A stretch of DNA of 54,809 nt from a virus (IMGVR_UViG_3300012985_000013:1-54809); one strand, 5' to 3'; numbered from the stretch's first letter, positions 37,263 to 47,677 are shown. Program-made: numbers and translations. The notes: generated by a model from the letters alone, not told the origin.

Positions 37263-37263
37263 C

Positions 37264-38514
37264 TCACTCCTCGTCCGAGTCGGGCTTGGTCGCCGGAGTC
37301 AGCGTGACCTGGATGTTCTCGCCCTCTTCGCCCGTCTCCGTCACAGTCACGATGTCGATCTTCTGCATCTGCGCGATCTCGCGGTAGTTCAGCGAGGCGC
37401 GCAGCGGAACCTGCACACCCGGGACCAGCGAGTTCAGGCCGACGCCGTCGGGCAGGATGATCGTCGAGTTGTCGGGGATGCGCACCTCGATCGGTGCCGG
37501 CGTGCGCCCGGACGTGTTGCGGCGCGCCTGCGAGTCGAGGTCCGCCTGCGATGGGGCATCCGTGGCGCTCTCGTCATAGAGCGTGTACATCGTCGTCCAC
37601 GGGCCGTAGTACGCCAGATTCTTGAGCGACAGCGCTGAGCCGTACGCGCCGTCCTGGCCGACCGAGTAGGCCGCCTGGTTGTGGTCCGCACCGTACTCGG
37701 TCACCATGACGTCGTCGGTGAAGCTGGAACTGGTCATCGTCTGCAGCACGCCGAGATTGCGCGACGTGTCCCAGATGATGATCCGCCGGCCGACGGCGGT
37801 GAAGTCGATGCCGCGCTGGCGCGCGAGATCCTGCAGATGGGTGCCCACGGTCATCTGGAACGGCAGCGTGTCCATCGTCGTGCGCGCCTCGTTCGGGAAG
37901 TGACGGACATCCAGGTACGGCAGGATGTTCGTCGACGGCCAGATGGAGTCGTCCTCGAACGCGGGGATCGTGATGGCCCAGCCGCCCGTCGTCTCCGTCG
38001 CGACACCGCCCGCGTCTCGCCATGCCTGCACGTCAGCAGCAGCATCCGGCATCGTGGTTGGGTAGAACATCGAGCGGCCATGGCTCATCTCGTACTGGAT
38101 GATGTTGCCGATGCGCGTCGTCACCTCGGTCGATCGCGAGACGCCGCCGAGTGTCGAGTTCTGCCACGCCTGCGTGAGCGGCTGGGCGAAGAGGTACTGC
38201 GTGACGTCCTTCGCGTAGAACTCGGCGAAGTCGACACCGGTCGCGATGCGGTGCAGCGGACCCTCCCAGACCCGCTCCTGCTCGCGGAAGATCACGAGTT
38301 CATGCCGGTGCGCCCGCGCCTCTGCGAGCAGCTTCCTATTTTCACTGAGGTCGCAGTTGCCGCCATCGATGCGGATCATGCCCTCGGACGTGTTGTCGCG
38401 GACGCGCTGGTAGTTGACCTTCGAGAGGTTCAGCGCGGGCCCGAGGGGTCGCGACCCGCCGCGGTCGAAGATCTGCGCCGAGTGACGCTGAACGCACGGC
38501 GTGCTGTGTGACAT
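37264..38514 (-). CDS. Minor tail protein (baseplate hub-like)
   Basis: Position; HELVIFR..RVWEGP motif. Confidence 0.75.
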   Translation of the reverse strand: MSHSTPCVQRHSAQIFDRGGSRPLGPALNLSKVNYQRVRDNTSEGMIRIDGGNCDLSENRKLLAEARAHRHELVIFREQERVWEGPLHRIATGVDFAEFYAKDVTQYLFAQPLTQAWQNSTLGGVSRSTEVTTRIGNIIQYEMSHGRSMFYPTTMPDAAADVQAWRDAGGVATETTGGWAITIPAFEDDSIWPSTNILPYLDVRHFPNEARTTMDTLPFQMTVGTHLQDLARQRGIDFTAVGRRIIIWDTSRNLGVLQTMTSSSFTDDVMVTEYGADHNQAAYSVGQDGAYGSALSLKNLAYYGPWTTMYTLYDESATDAPSQADLDSQARRNTSGRTPAPIEVRIPDNSTIILPDGVGLNSLVPGVQVPLRASLNYREIAQMQKIDIVTVTETGEEGENIQVTLTPATKPDSDEE

Positions 38515-38524
38515 CGGCTTCCCC

Positions 38525-41146
38525 CTACATGCGCTGCGTCACCACGACGCGCGCATCCAGGTTACCGGCGGGCGCCTCGAGCGGGACGTCCATCGTCACC
38601 ACGTACCCGATCCCGCAGCTGAGTTCCGGCCAGGTCGCCGGGACGCCGCCGGTGCCGTAGAGCAGGCGGTTCGCGGGGATCGAGGCCGCGCCGTTCACCG
38701 ACGCCGACACGCGCTGCGTCACGCCATCCAGTGTGATCTCTGTGTTCGGCGGGATGTAGGTGAGGATCTGCTCAGCCTCCCATTCATCCTCGGTCACGAG
38801 TTCCGGGTCCAGATTGCTCGGGTTCGAGTAGTAACGGATGCGCACTTGACGCTCGGCATTCGCCTGCGTCGACAGCACGAGCGTCGGCAGCGTGGACGCC
38901 CACTGGCGCACCTCCGTGGCCGGGATCAGCAGCGTGTAGCGCCGCCAGACGCCGACCTCGTCGATGCAGTCGACTGCGATCGTAGGTAGGGCCGGCGGCG
39001 TCGGCAGCGGCGGGCAGTCCGGGTCCGCCAGCGGATCCGTCGGCGCGACGGTGCGCTCATAGCGCGCCGACACCGAGGCATTCGGCGTGCCGAGCCACTG
39101 GTAGTCGTAGCTCAGCGTGTCGGTCGTGCCACCGGAGAACCAGTCGAACAGCGAGGCCAGGGTAATCATCGCCGAGTCGGCGTCCAGCCACTCGCCCGAC
39201 AGCCACGGCGAGAAGCCGGTTCCCGACACATCCCGCGCGCGCACGGCAGCCGTGACCGCGCCCGCCGGCGCCGTGCCGGAGGCGATCAGGCGCGTCCAGC
39301 TGGTGGTGCTGGTGACCACGACCTCGTCGCCCGCGCCGCGCGGGGTGACCTCCGCGCCCGCGGCGTCGAACCACAGGATCTCGGCGTAGAGGCGCTGACT
39401 CCGCGACGGCTTCACGTAGATCGAGCCGACGTAGAGCGCATCCGCCTGCACGGCGGCACGCTTGGATCCGGCGGAGCCGGAAGACGTCATGCCCAGCACC
39501 TTGCCCGGTCCCGTCGCGTCCGCGATGACGTTCATCCGAGCGGCGTACGAGTTGTTGCGACCGCCCGAAACACGCTGCAGTCGCACCGCGCCACCGCCAG
39601 CCGGCACGCCAGCGTCCCAGCCATTCACATTGAAGCCGTTGGCCAGGCTGGTCGAGTTGCTCGCCGTCCCCGTCCACGAGAACGTCAGGTCATCGCGGGC
39701 CGCCGTCGAGCCGTCGAAGTAGTCGCCCGGGTTGGTGTTCGGGTTCGGCTGGAAGACGGTGATCCAGTTCGAGAAGGGCGACTGGTAGGTGCCGAACCAT
39801 GCCGACGCGCGCCACTGGTACGAGGTGCCCGGAGTGAGCCCCGACACCGACAGCGTGTTACTCGTGGTGTCGGTGCTGGTAGCGGTGCCCGTGCCGATGC
39901 GCCGCTCCACCGTGTACTTCGTCACGCCGGTCGCGCCGCCGGGCGATGTGAGCGAGACTGTCGCGCTCTGACCCGAGGCGCTTGGCGAGACAGTGATGCC
40001 GGGCGCGCCATCGGGCAGCGTCGTCGCGGTGACGACGTTAGACCACGCGGCCGTGGCGTCTGCCGTCTTCGGGCGTACGCGGAACCAGTACGCGGTCTTC
40101 GCCGTCAGGCCTGTGATCGTCCTGAAGAGGCCCGTCACCGACAGCGTCGTCGCACCCGAGAACGAGGAGTTGGTCGCGTACTGCAGGTCGAAGTCGCTCG
40201 TGCCCTCGCTCGCAGTCCAGTTCGCGTACACCGAGGTGGGCTGCACCGTGTTGATGACCAGCGTGACCGCGGGCAGCGTCGTCACAGCCTGGGTCACAGA
40301 CGACCATGCCCCCGCGCCGGACGCCGTCTTGGCGCGGACGCGGAGGTAGTACCTCTCGCCGGACTTGAGGTTGCTCAGGGTGTACGTCTGGGCCGTTGTG
40401 GCAATCGTCGTCGCGCTGGAGAATGAAGAGTTGGTGGCGTACTGCAGGTCATACCCGGTGACGGCGTCGCCATTGCCGGTGTCCGACCACGCCGACTTGA
40501 TCGCGTCCTTCGTGATCGACGAGACGACAGGTGCACCCGGGGCGACTGGCAGGGTGGGCGAGAAGAGTTCGGCCGACTTGGGCCCGTAACCATTGGCGTT
40601 GTGCGCGTAGACGACCCAGTAGAACTTCTGGCCCGGGGCCATATCGTTGACCTGGCGCGAGGTGACGTTCCCGGCATTCGGGATGTCGAAGTACCCCGAG
40701 CTGTCGGCGGGCGACTTCGTGTTGACGCGCAGGAGCATCTGGTCGATGGCCGCCCCGCCGTTGCTGGGGATCGTCCATGACAGCGTCTGCGTGTTCGGGC
40801 CGATAGCCGAAGCGCTGGGCTTCCCAGGCTGACCCGGTGTCGTCGAGCGGTTCACCGATGCGGACAGCGATGCCGCACCACCGAGGCCCGACGTGCCGGT
40901 GGCTGCCTGGTTGAACGTCACCGTCTGGTTCGTGGTGACCGTCCACGTGCCCAGGACGCGGTAACCGAAGCCTGCGGGCAGCGAGACGGTGCCGCCCACC
41001 GAGGAGCCGTTCACGGTGCCCGACCAGTTGTACTGGCCGACGTTCGTCGCCGGGTCCGTGCACTGGATGATGAACTGGATGGTCGACCCGTTGTCACGGA
41101 TAATCATCGTGCCGGCGGTGCCGACGGAGCGCGTGGTGTCTGCCAT
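38525..41146 (-). CDS. Minor tail protein with fibronectin type III repeats and CBM-like domain
   Basis: Four FN3-like units (W...Y.LQY...L..G..Y..RVRA...WS). Confidence 0.85.
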   Translation of the reverse strand: MADTTRSVGTAGTMIIRDNGSTIQFIIQCTDPATNVGQYNWSGTVNGSSVGGTVSLPAGFGYRVLGTWTVTTNQTVTFNQAATGTSGLGGAASLSASVNRSTTPGQPGKPSASAIGPNTQTLSWTIPSNGGAAIDQMLLRVNTKSPADSSGYFDIPNAGNVTSRQVNDMAPGQKFYWVVYAHNANGYGPKSAELFSPTLPVAPGAPVVSSITKDAIKSAWSDTGNGDAVTGYDLQYATNSSFSSATTIATTAQTYTLSNLKSGERYYLRVRAKTASGAGAWSSVTQAVTTLPAVTLVINTVQPTSVYANWTASEGTSDFDLQYATNSSFSGATTLSVTGLFRTITGLTAKTAYWFRVRPKTADATAAWSNVVTATTLPDGAPGITVSPSASGQSATVSLTSPGGATGVTKYTVERRIGTGTATSTDTTSNTLSVSGLTPGTSYQWRASAWFGTYQSPFSNWITVFQPNPNTNPGDYFDGSTAARDDLTFSWTGTASNSTSLANGFNVNGWDAGVPAGGGAVRLQRVSGGRNNSYAARMNVIADATGPGKVLGMTSSGSAGSKRAAVQADALYVGSIYVKPSRSQRLYAEILWFDAAGAEVTPRGAGDEVVVTSTTSWTRLIASGTAPAGAVTAAVRARDVSGTGFSPWLSGEWLDADSAMITLASLFDWFSGGTTDTLSYDYQWLGTPNASVSARYERTVAPTDPLADPDCPPLPTPPALPTIAVDCIDEVGVWRRYTLLIPATEVRQWASTLPTLVLSTQANAERQVRIRYYSNPSNLDPELVTEDEWEAEQILTYIPPNTEITLDGVTQRVSASVNGAASIPANRLLYGTGGVPATWPELSCGIGYVVTMDVPLEAPAGNLDARVVVTQRM

Positions 41147-41159
41147 GGTGATCGCCTCC

Positions 41160-43616
41160 TTACGGGACCGTGACGGCCAGGGTGTCGGCGTAGAGGCGCA
41201 CGACAGCGGCGCTCGCCCAGGACGTCACCGCCAGTTCTGCGCGGACGATGACGTTGGTCGCGCCGGCGGGCGGAACGAGGCTCGGCACCGACATCGACCC
41301 CCCGGAGGAGCCCTGTGATCCGAGAGCGTCCGTGCGCAGGACCGCATTGCTTCCATCTCGCCAGATGGCGAAGTAGCTGATGCTGCCGATCGACGCTGTG
41401 CCGCTGCCAACGCTGGCCGTCGCCCACAGGTTCACCGAGTAGCGCGCCCCTGCAGGGCCGCCGAGCGTGACGGCCTGCTCGATGCGCAGCTTGCCGTTGG
41501 TCCCCGCGGCCGTGGCGGTGAACTGAGCGAGGGCGCTCGCTACGCCGACCAGGGCGATAGCCGTGCTGCGCGTCGCCGCGGCGACCGTTCCACCCGCCGT
41601 GAGCACGGCATCCCCGCCCGAAGTCCAGCCCGTGATGTTCGTCTCCACCGACGGGTTGGTCGAGTAGTTCGTGGCCACGACGATGGCCGCCGCCGCATCC
41701 GTGCCGTTCATGATGAACCGGATGTCAGAAGGGGTGCCGCCGGTCGGACCCGTGTTCCAGAGCAGGTCGTACTCGATCAGGATGCGGGCGGTGACGGCGC
41801 CGGTCGGCTTCGTGGTCGTGACCGCGTACTTGACGCCAGCCTTCATCGTTGCCGACGAGGTTGTCGTCCCCATGACGACATCCGAGCCGACCTGCGTGCC
41901 ACCGCTGTTGAGCCAGCGCAGCGTCGCCTTCATCTGCTGGGCGTCAGCGGCCTCGCCGGTGGTCAGAGTGAAGCGGCCGAACGTACGTGCGTTGACGACA
42001 GCGAGATCAGCGACGGATGATGCGTCGATGTCGTGGTACAGCGTGGCGCGCGCGGTCCCGAACGCATCTGATCCACCGGCGGTTCCGAGCACGCGGCCCT
42101 GGAATGCCTTCCCTGAGCCGTAGTCCACCCGGCTCGTCGTGAAGTACGAGGCCGGGGCTGCGCCCGAGAGCGCGGCGATGCTGCCCGTCCAGCCGGACGT
42201 GTTCGTAGCGAGGTCGGGGTTCGCTGACAGCCCGCCGTCCAGTTCTGCGCTCGGGTACGGCGCCAGGTTGTAGGCGATGTCCTGCACCACCGTCGGCGTC
42301 AGCGGCGGGACTTCGATCTCCTTGGGTAGGCCGTAGACCCACGGCACGCCGGCGAGCAGCGTGAACTCGACGAGGCGGCCGACGTGCACACCGTCGCTGG
42401 ACTCCGCATCCTGGACCACGAACGGGCCGGAGACGCAGCGTACGCTGTGCAGGAAGCGACGGAAGGTGTCGACGTAGGGGATGTACGTGTCGTCCCCTTC
42501 GGGCACCTCGTAGGTCGTGCGCGTGGCCCGGTTGCTGGGCGCGTCGTTGACCGTTCCCGTCCAGGAGTAGTCGATGAGGTCCGTGCCTTCGGTGTCGCCG
42601 TCGAAGTAGTCGCCACTGTCCAGGCCCACCGAGAAGCGCGAGCCAGAGATCCACGAGCCCGCCTGCAGTTCATCGTCGGTGGCGTACAGCCAGACCTTCA
42701 CCTTGGTCGCCGTGGCGGGGGCGACGGGGGATGCCGACACGCGGGTGGGTGCGGCAGTGTTCGTCGACACGACGACGTCGGGGGACTGGCCGGTGCCGAC
42801 ACTGACGTCGGAGGCGTTGAGGAAGTCCCAGCGCAGATGCACCGTGACGCCCGACGTCGCCGCAGCGTCGACCGCGATGGGCGCGACCTGGCCACCGACG
42901 ATGGGCGCCGCCTGTGCGTTCGTGCCCGCGATGGCGATGCCGGCCGACGCCGTTGGCGCGGTGGTCCACGAGACGCGGCGGGCGGGCACGCCGCCGAGGC
43001 CGGTCACCAGCGACGCCAGGCCGGTGCCGCCGCCGAACACCGCAGTCCAGGAGGCATCCGCGATCGGGTTGCGCGCACGGTTCACCGCGACGGTCGTCCA
43101 GTCTGTGTACTCCGTCGTCGTGCGGCGCGCGGGCGGGCAGTCCACGAAGAACGCGGCATCCGCCTCGCCGCAGACGCCGCCGTGCTGCCCGCAGGCGTTG
43201 GGCTCGAGCACATTCCGCAGCCAGGTCATGCCGAGTTCCAGCGCATCGTCGCCGAGCGCCGTCATCCACGCGCGCACGCGCACCTCGCGCGCGGCGTGCC
43301 GGTAGCCGGTCACCGTCGCGCCGTCGCCGTTCAGCTGCACGACGTTCGCCTGCCGCGTCGAATCGCTCAGGCCCAGGATGTCGATGCCGAGCAGTCCGTA
43401 GAAGCGGCTCGACGTGTCCGGGTCGTCCGCGTCGTACCACGGGGCCTCGTCGATGTTCGCGTAGGTGTATGGCCCGTTGTCCTCGACATCACCCAGGGTG
43501 TGGCACTCCGGGTCGATCAGCCAGTCGACGGCGCAGTCGGCCGTCGAGGCGTAGCCGTAGGCTCGCGACGAGTTCACGACCTCGTTGCCGCCGACGGCCA
43601 GGTAGTGGTCGAGCAC
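41160..43616 (-). CDS. Minor tail protein (distal-tail-like with CBM-like insertions)
   Basis: Directly after the tape measure gene; repeated NP...W beta-sandwich units. Confidence 0.8.
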   Translation of the reverse strand: MLDHYLAVGGNEVVNSSRAYGYASTADCAVDWLIDPECHTLGDVEDNGPYTYANIDEAPWYDADDPDTSSRFYGLLGIDILGLSDSTRQANVVQLNGDGATVTGYRHAAREVRVRAWMTALGDDALELGMTWLRNVLEPNACGQHGGVCGEADAAFFVDCPPARRTTTEYTDWTTVAVNRARNPIADASWTAVFGGGTGLASLVTGLGGVPARRVSWTTAPTASAGIAIAGTNAQAAPIVGGQVAPIAVDAAATSGVTVHLRWDFLNASDVSVGTGQSPDVVVSTNTAAPTRVSASPVAPATATKVKVWLYATDDELQAGSWISGSRFSVGLDSGDYFDGDTEGTDLIDYSWTGTVNDAPSNRATRTTYEVPEGDDTYIPYVDTFRRFLHSVRCVSGPFVVQDAESSDGVHVGRLVEFTLLAGVPWVYGLPKEIEVPPLTPTVVQDIAYNLAPYPSAELDGGLSANPDLATNTSGWTGSIAALSGAAPASYFTTSRVDYGSGKAFQGRVLGTAGGSDAFGTARATLYHDIDASSVADLAVVNARTFGRFTLTTGEAADAQQMKATLRWLNSGGTQVGSDVVMGTTTSSATMKAGVKYAVTTTKPTGAVTARILIEYDLLWNTGPTGGTPSDIRFIMNGTDAAAAIVVATNYSTNPSVETNITGWTSGGDAVLTAGGTVAAATRSTAIALVGVASALAQFTATAAGTNGKLRIEQAVTLGGPAGARYSVNLWATASVGSGTASIGSISYFAIWRDGSNAVLRTDALGSQGSSGGSMSVPSLVPPAGATNVIVRAELAVTSWASAAVVRLYADTLAVTVP

Positions 43617-43625
43617 CGCGATCTC

Positions 43626-46600
43626 CTATCCTGCGACCTGCTCGGCGAGGCGCTGCAGCACTTCCTGCGCACTGCGGCGCGGGTCGCCCGCTTCCTCGAT
43701 CACGATAGCGCGTTCGGAGATGGTGACCTGCTTGCCGCCACCGACCGTGCCGCCGCTCGCCATGGCAGGGGTCGCCGTCTTGCCCTGCGCGATCGCCGAC
43801 AGCCAGCGTACCGACTCGTCGACCTGCGACAGCGGTCGGTTCAGCGGGACGATGGCCTCGGGGCCGGCCTCGCCGGCGAGGATCGTCGTAGGCCCGTACA
43901 GCGTGCCACCAGAGGCGTACGCCTGCAGGCCGCCCGGCGTGCGCGCGCCGACGTTGACCCAGAGGTTCTTGCCGTTCCAGTCCTGGTAGAAGCCATTGAC
44001 GACGCGCCGCGCCTGCGAGTCGTCGGCGTTGATGTACGTCGTGATGTTGTCGGGGATGAGCCCGAGTTCGTCGGCGTACTTCTCCGCAGCTTCCTGCGTG
44101 AATCCCAGCTGCTTCATCTGGTTGATGAGCGCGTCGCGGCCCTTGTTGATCGCGTCGCGGGCGGCGTTCTGGTCGCCCGTCTGGTCGTACAGCGCGCCGG
44201 CGTAGTCGAGCGTCGACTGCGCGAGGTCATCGACGGCCGCCTGGTTATCGCGCCCGGCCTCCGTGTTCAGGTCGAACTCGGTCCGCGTGTCGTTGAGCGC
44301 CGCCCCGTTGTCGGTGATGGCCTGCGTGAGGTCGTCGACGGCGGACTCGAACTCGCGCTCAGCAGAGCGGGTGTCCAGGGCTGTCTCGCCGAAGCCGGTG
44401 ATGGCGTCCGACAGCCCGTCGATGGCGTCCTTGCTCTCTTCGCTCTTGCCCTTGAGCGAGTCGAGCGCCGTCGTGGTGTCCTCAGACGCCTTCCTGGCAG
44501 CCTCCTGCTTCGGTGTCTGCCCCTCCAGCGCCAGAGCTATGAGGTTCTGGTTCGTGGCGACCTCGCCGGCGGCCGTGGCCTGCAGCTGCAGCTGCTCCTT
44601 GAACTTGGGCATCGAGTCGAGCATCGCGAGGATCTCGTCGTTCGACGCGCCCGCCTCCTTGGCCCACGCGGAGAACTGCTCCGAGGCGGCCGGCAGGTTC
44701 TCCGTCGCCAGGGATGCCAGGGGGCCGTCGAGTTCGCCCAGCGTGGCTCGCAGGTCGTGCGCAGCGTCGTCGGCGTCGCTCGCGCCCAGGGTCCAGCCCG
44801 ACCAGATCTCCCCGCCGTTGGCGTTCTGCTCCGTGATGCGCTGCAGCGCCTCGCCGAGGTTGTCGGCAGTCAGCTTCGTGCCCTCGAACTGCTTGCCCAT
44901 GTAGGAGAACTCGTCGTAGACGGTCTTCGACGACTCGGCGAGCCCCTGGTTCGCGCCGACGGCCTCGGTCGCCTTGCCCTCCCAATCGTTCATGTCGCGG
45001 ATGGCGTTATGGATCGCCTCAGAGACGGCCACGATGCCCGTGATCGCGATCCCGGCCATGCCCGCCTTGCCCAGCGCGCCCTTGAGACTGCCGCCGAGCT
45101 TGGACGCGGCTCCACCAGCGATGTCAGCCGCTCCGGCGAGCCCCGCCAGCTGCGACGTGAGCCCGATCAGCTTGAGTCCGCCGATGGCCGAGCCGACGGC
45201 GATGAGCCCGCCGGCGATCAGCTGCAGGGACTCCGGCGGGATGGCGCCGATGATGTCGGCGAGCGCCTGCACGACAGGCGTCGCGGCCGTCACGACAGCG
45301 CCGAGCGCGGTCGCGACCACCGGCAGGATGTCGGAGGCCACCCCGGACAGTTCGGTCGCGAGATCGTCGAGCGCGGGCAGCAGCGGCGACAGGGCGTCCC
45401 CCGCTTCGGCGAGCGCCTGGGCGATGAGGCCGAAGGGGTTGGCTGCGCCGAGGATCTCCAGGATGTCACCGAGCACGGGCATGAACTGCCCGAGGTCGTC
45501 GAGCAGATCGGTGGTGCGCTGCACGGATTCCGGTGTGACGAGGTCGTTGAGCGCCCGTCCGGTGGCGTCCAGCAGGGGGCCGAGGTGGGAGAACACGGCG
45601 TCCGTGTTCTTCATCCACTGCTCGAAGCCGTTCGATCGGGTGAAGTCGTCGAACCGCTGCACGAGGGTGCCGATGTAGTCGACGGTCTTCTGTACCAGGG
45701 GATTCGCTTCGTTGAATGCCCGGATGAGTGCGAGCCCGAGGGTGCCCGCGGACCGCGCGACACCGTCGATCAGGGGCACGCTATTGCCGATGAGCCGGTT
45801 GATCTCCTCGAACCCCTCCGTCCCCGGCGCGACGGCCCGGGTGAAGTCGTCGATCAGGGATCCGAGTTCGCGACCGACGTCCTCCATCGCTGGCGTGATG
45901 TCCTCGAGCGTGCCCTGCAGTCGGGAGAAGGATCCCTCCATCTCGCCGAAGGCAGCCGTCGCGACGGCGTCGTTGAAGTCGCCCACAGCGTTGCGCAGAT
46001 CGACGAATTCGCCGATCACGGGCCGCATCTGCTCCGGGGCCTTGTCGAGATCCTGGAAGAGGTTCACGAGGATGGACCCCGCACCCGCGATGCCCGGGAT
46101 GAGCCCGGCCAGTACGCCGCCGAGCGCGATCAGCCCGCCGCCGGCGGCCGACCCGAGCGCCGCGATGTCCTCCGCGCCGGCGGCGATGGCGCCGATGATG
46201 AGGGTCCACTGTCGCGCGTTGTGCGACATGTCGCCCCAGCCGAGGAACGAGTCGTGCGCCTCGTCGGCCGACTTCTTGACCCGCTTCGTGGAGTCGTTGA
46301 GGTTGTCCATGTCGATGATCGAGTTGCGCACACCCTTGTGGATGGCGTCTTCGATCTGCTTCGCCACGGCACCGAGTCGCTCGCGCTCGGCGCGCTCGTT
46401 CTGCAGCGTCTTCTCGCGCTCGATGCCATCGAGCTTCATATCCAGTGCGGCCTCATGGCTGCGCCGGGACTGCTCGTCGATGGCGTCCGCGAGGTTGTTG
46501 GTGTCGATGGCGGCTGAGCGCTGCGACAGCGCCCACTCGTCGACCTGGCGCTTGGCCGCGTTGAACTGCGTTCCGGTGATCTCGTTCTCATCGCGCAGCG

Positions 46601-46970
46601 TGCGCAGCTGCTTCTGCAGTTCGCCGGCGGCCAGGCCGGCGTCATCGTACTTCTTGACGAAGACGTCCAGGAAGCCCGGATCCAGCCGGAGCCCCTCGAA
46701 GTTCGACCGCGCCTTCTTGAGGAAGGACTCGAGGCGGCTCGACAGCGCCGTGCCGTAGGCGGTGCCGTCCTTGCGACCGTTCTTCGTCCAGGTGTCGTAG
46801 GAGCGCTGGCCGGACTTCGACAGCGTGTCGCGAAACGACTTGTTCCACTCCTTGTCGTAGCCGTCGCCGGCGGCGGCTCCGGCCTTGCGGCCGATGTTCT
46901 CGGCCTCCTGCGGCGTGCGACGACCGTCGAGCGTGGCCGTGAAGTCCACCCGACCGATCGTGTTCGACAC
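43626..46970 (-). CDS. Tape measure protein
   Basis: 1114 aa, Ala/Gly-rich helical; C-terminal YASGG...AGEAGPEAIVPL; follows the tail chaperone. Confidence 0.93.
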   Translation of the reverse strand: MSNTIGRVDFTATLDGRRTPQEAENIGRKAGAAAGDGYDKEWNKSFRDTLSKSGQRSYDTWTKNGRKDGTAYGTALSSRLESFLKKARSNFEGLRLDPGFLDVFVKKYDDAGLAAGELQKQLRTLRDENEITGTQFNAAKRQVDEWALSQRSAAIDTNNLADAIDEQSRRSHEAALDMKLDGIEREKTLQNERAERERLGAVAKQIEDAIHKGVRNSIIDMDNLNDSTKRVKKSADEAHDSFLGWGDMSHNARQWTLIIGAIAAGAEDIAALGSAAGGGLIALGGVLAGLIPGIAGAGSILVNLFQDLDKAPEQMRPVIGEFVDLRNAVGDFNDAVATAAFGEMEGSFSRLQGTLEDITPAMEDVGRELGSLIDDFTRAVAPGTEGFEEINRLIGNSVPLIDGVARSAGTLGLALIRAFNEANPLVQKTVDYIGTLVQRFDDFTRSNGFEQWMKNTDAVFSHLGPLLDATGRALNDLVTPESVQRTTDLLDDLGQFMPVLGDILEILGAANPFGLIAQALAEAGDALSPLLPALDDLATELSGVASDILPVVATALGAVVTAATPVVQALADIIGAIPPESLQLIAGGLIAVGSAIGGLKLIGLTSQLAGLAGAADIAGGAASKLGGSLKGALGKAGMAGIAITGIVAVSEAIHNAIRDMNDWEGKATEAVGANQGLAESSKTVYDEFSYMGKQFEGTKLTADNLGEALQRITEQNANGGEIWSGWTLGASDADDAAHDLRATLGELDGPLASLATENLPAASEQFSAWAKEAGASNDEILAMLDSMPKFKEQLQLQATAAGEVATNQNLIALALEGQTPKQEAARKASEDTTTALDSLKGKSEESKDAIDGLSDAITGFGETALDTRSAEREFESAVDDLTQAITDNGAALNDTRTEFDLNTEAGRDNQAAVDDLAQSTLDYAGALYDQTGDQNAARDAINKGRDALINQMKQLGFTQEAAEKYADELGLIPDNITTYINADDSQARRVVNGFYQDWNGKNLWVNVGARTPGGLQAYASGGTLYGPTTILAGEAGPEAIVPLNRPLSQVDESVRWLSAIAQGKTATPAMASGGTVGGGKQVTISERAIVIEEAGDPRRSAQEVLQRLAEQVAG

Positions 46971-46984
46971 GTCGCCTCCTCTGG

Positions 46985-47284
46985 CTACCCTCCGGGCTGG
47001 AGTTTCTGCTGCGCGGCGCGGAACATGCGCATCTCTTCCTCGACCACTTTACGGCTTGGCCGCGAGTCCGTGGGGAACAGAGGCTCTTCGATCTCGGCGA
47101 GCCATAGCTCGCGCGTCGGATAGACCTCGGGATCGAGTCGCTCCAGGGCCCAACTCTGGATGAAGTTCAGGAATCGGTGGAGGGGGAGCTTGATCGGGTC
47201 GATCCCTTCCCGGGCGTACGCGCCGTCGATCTCCGTCCACCAGTGCTCTGCGATCGAGAGGAGCCGGTGGACGGCGCCGTAGGG
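46985..47284 (-). CDS. Tail assembly chaperone -1 frameshift extension
   Basis: Frame without a usable start PYGAVHRLLSIAEHWWTEIDG...LPLHRFLNFIQSW...QPGG* entered at CGC CCT AC. Confidence 0.75.
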   Translation of the reverse strand, partial: PYGAVHRLLSIAEHWWTEIDGAYAREGIDPIKLPLHRFLNFIQSWALERLDPEVYPTRELWLAEIEEPLFPTDSRPSRKVVEEEMRMFRAAQQKLQPGG

Positions 47285-47619
47285 CGTCCGGTGAACTGGG
47301 CGATCAGCTGGTCCAGCAGCCCCTGCTCGTTGCGGCCCTCGTCGTTCTCGCCCCAGCCGCCGATGAGGTCGTTGCGATCGATCGCACCCTTCATCAGCAG
47401 GTCGTAGAGGTACTCGCGCACGTCGCTGCCCATGAACGCCTCGATCATGTCGAGTGCGCCGAGGGTCGGGTACTGGCGGATGCGCGAGGCGAGGATCTCG
47501 GCCTGCGCCGAGGTGATCCGGCGGGCCTCGACGACGCCGAGTTCGCCGCCCATGTCGACTTCGACGACGTCCTCCTCGCCGCGCTCTGCGGCGGCCGCGA
47601 CCCTGAATTCGATGCCCAT
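47167..47619 (-). CDS. Tail assembly chaperone (short form)
   Basis: Position before the tape measure gene; AAAGGGG RBS; RPT then Ser/Thr-rich tail. Confidence 0.8.
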   Translation of the reverse strand: MGIEFRVAAAAERGEEDVVEVDMGGELGVVEARRITSAQAEILASRIRQYPTLGALDMIEAFMGSDVREYLYDLLMKGAIDRNDLIGGWGENDEGRNEQGLLDQLIAQFTGRPTAPSTGSSRSQSTGGRRSTARTPGKGSTRSSSPSTDS

Positions 47620-47677
47620 GGACACCCCTTTCGTCGTGAGAAATGTATCACGTAATAGCGCCACAACTTGGGGCAGA

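Noticed and set aside
42384-46517. 1377-aa plus-strand ORF
   Set aside because: Antisense shadow of the tape measure and minor tail genes; typical high-GC artefact with Arg/Gly/Val-rich composition
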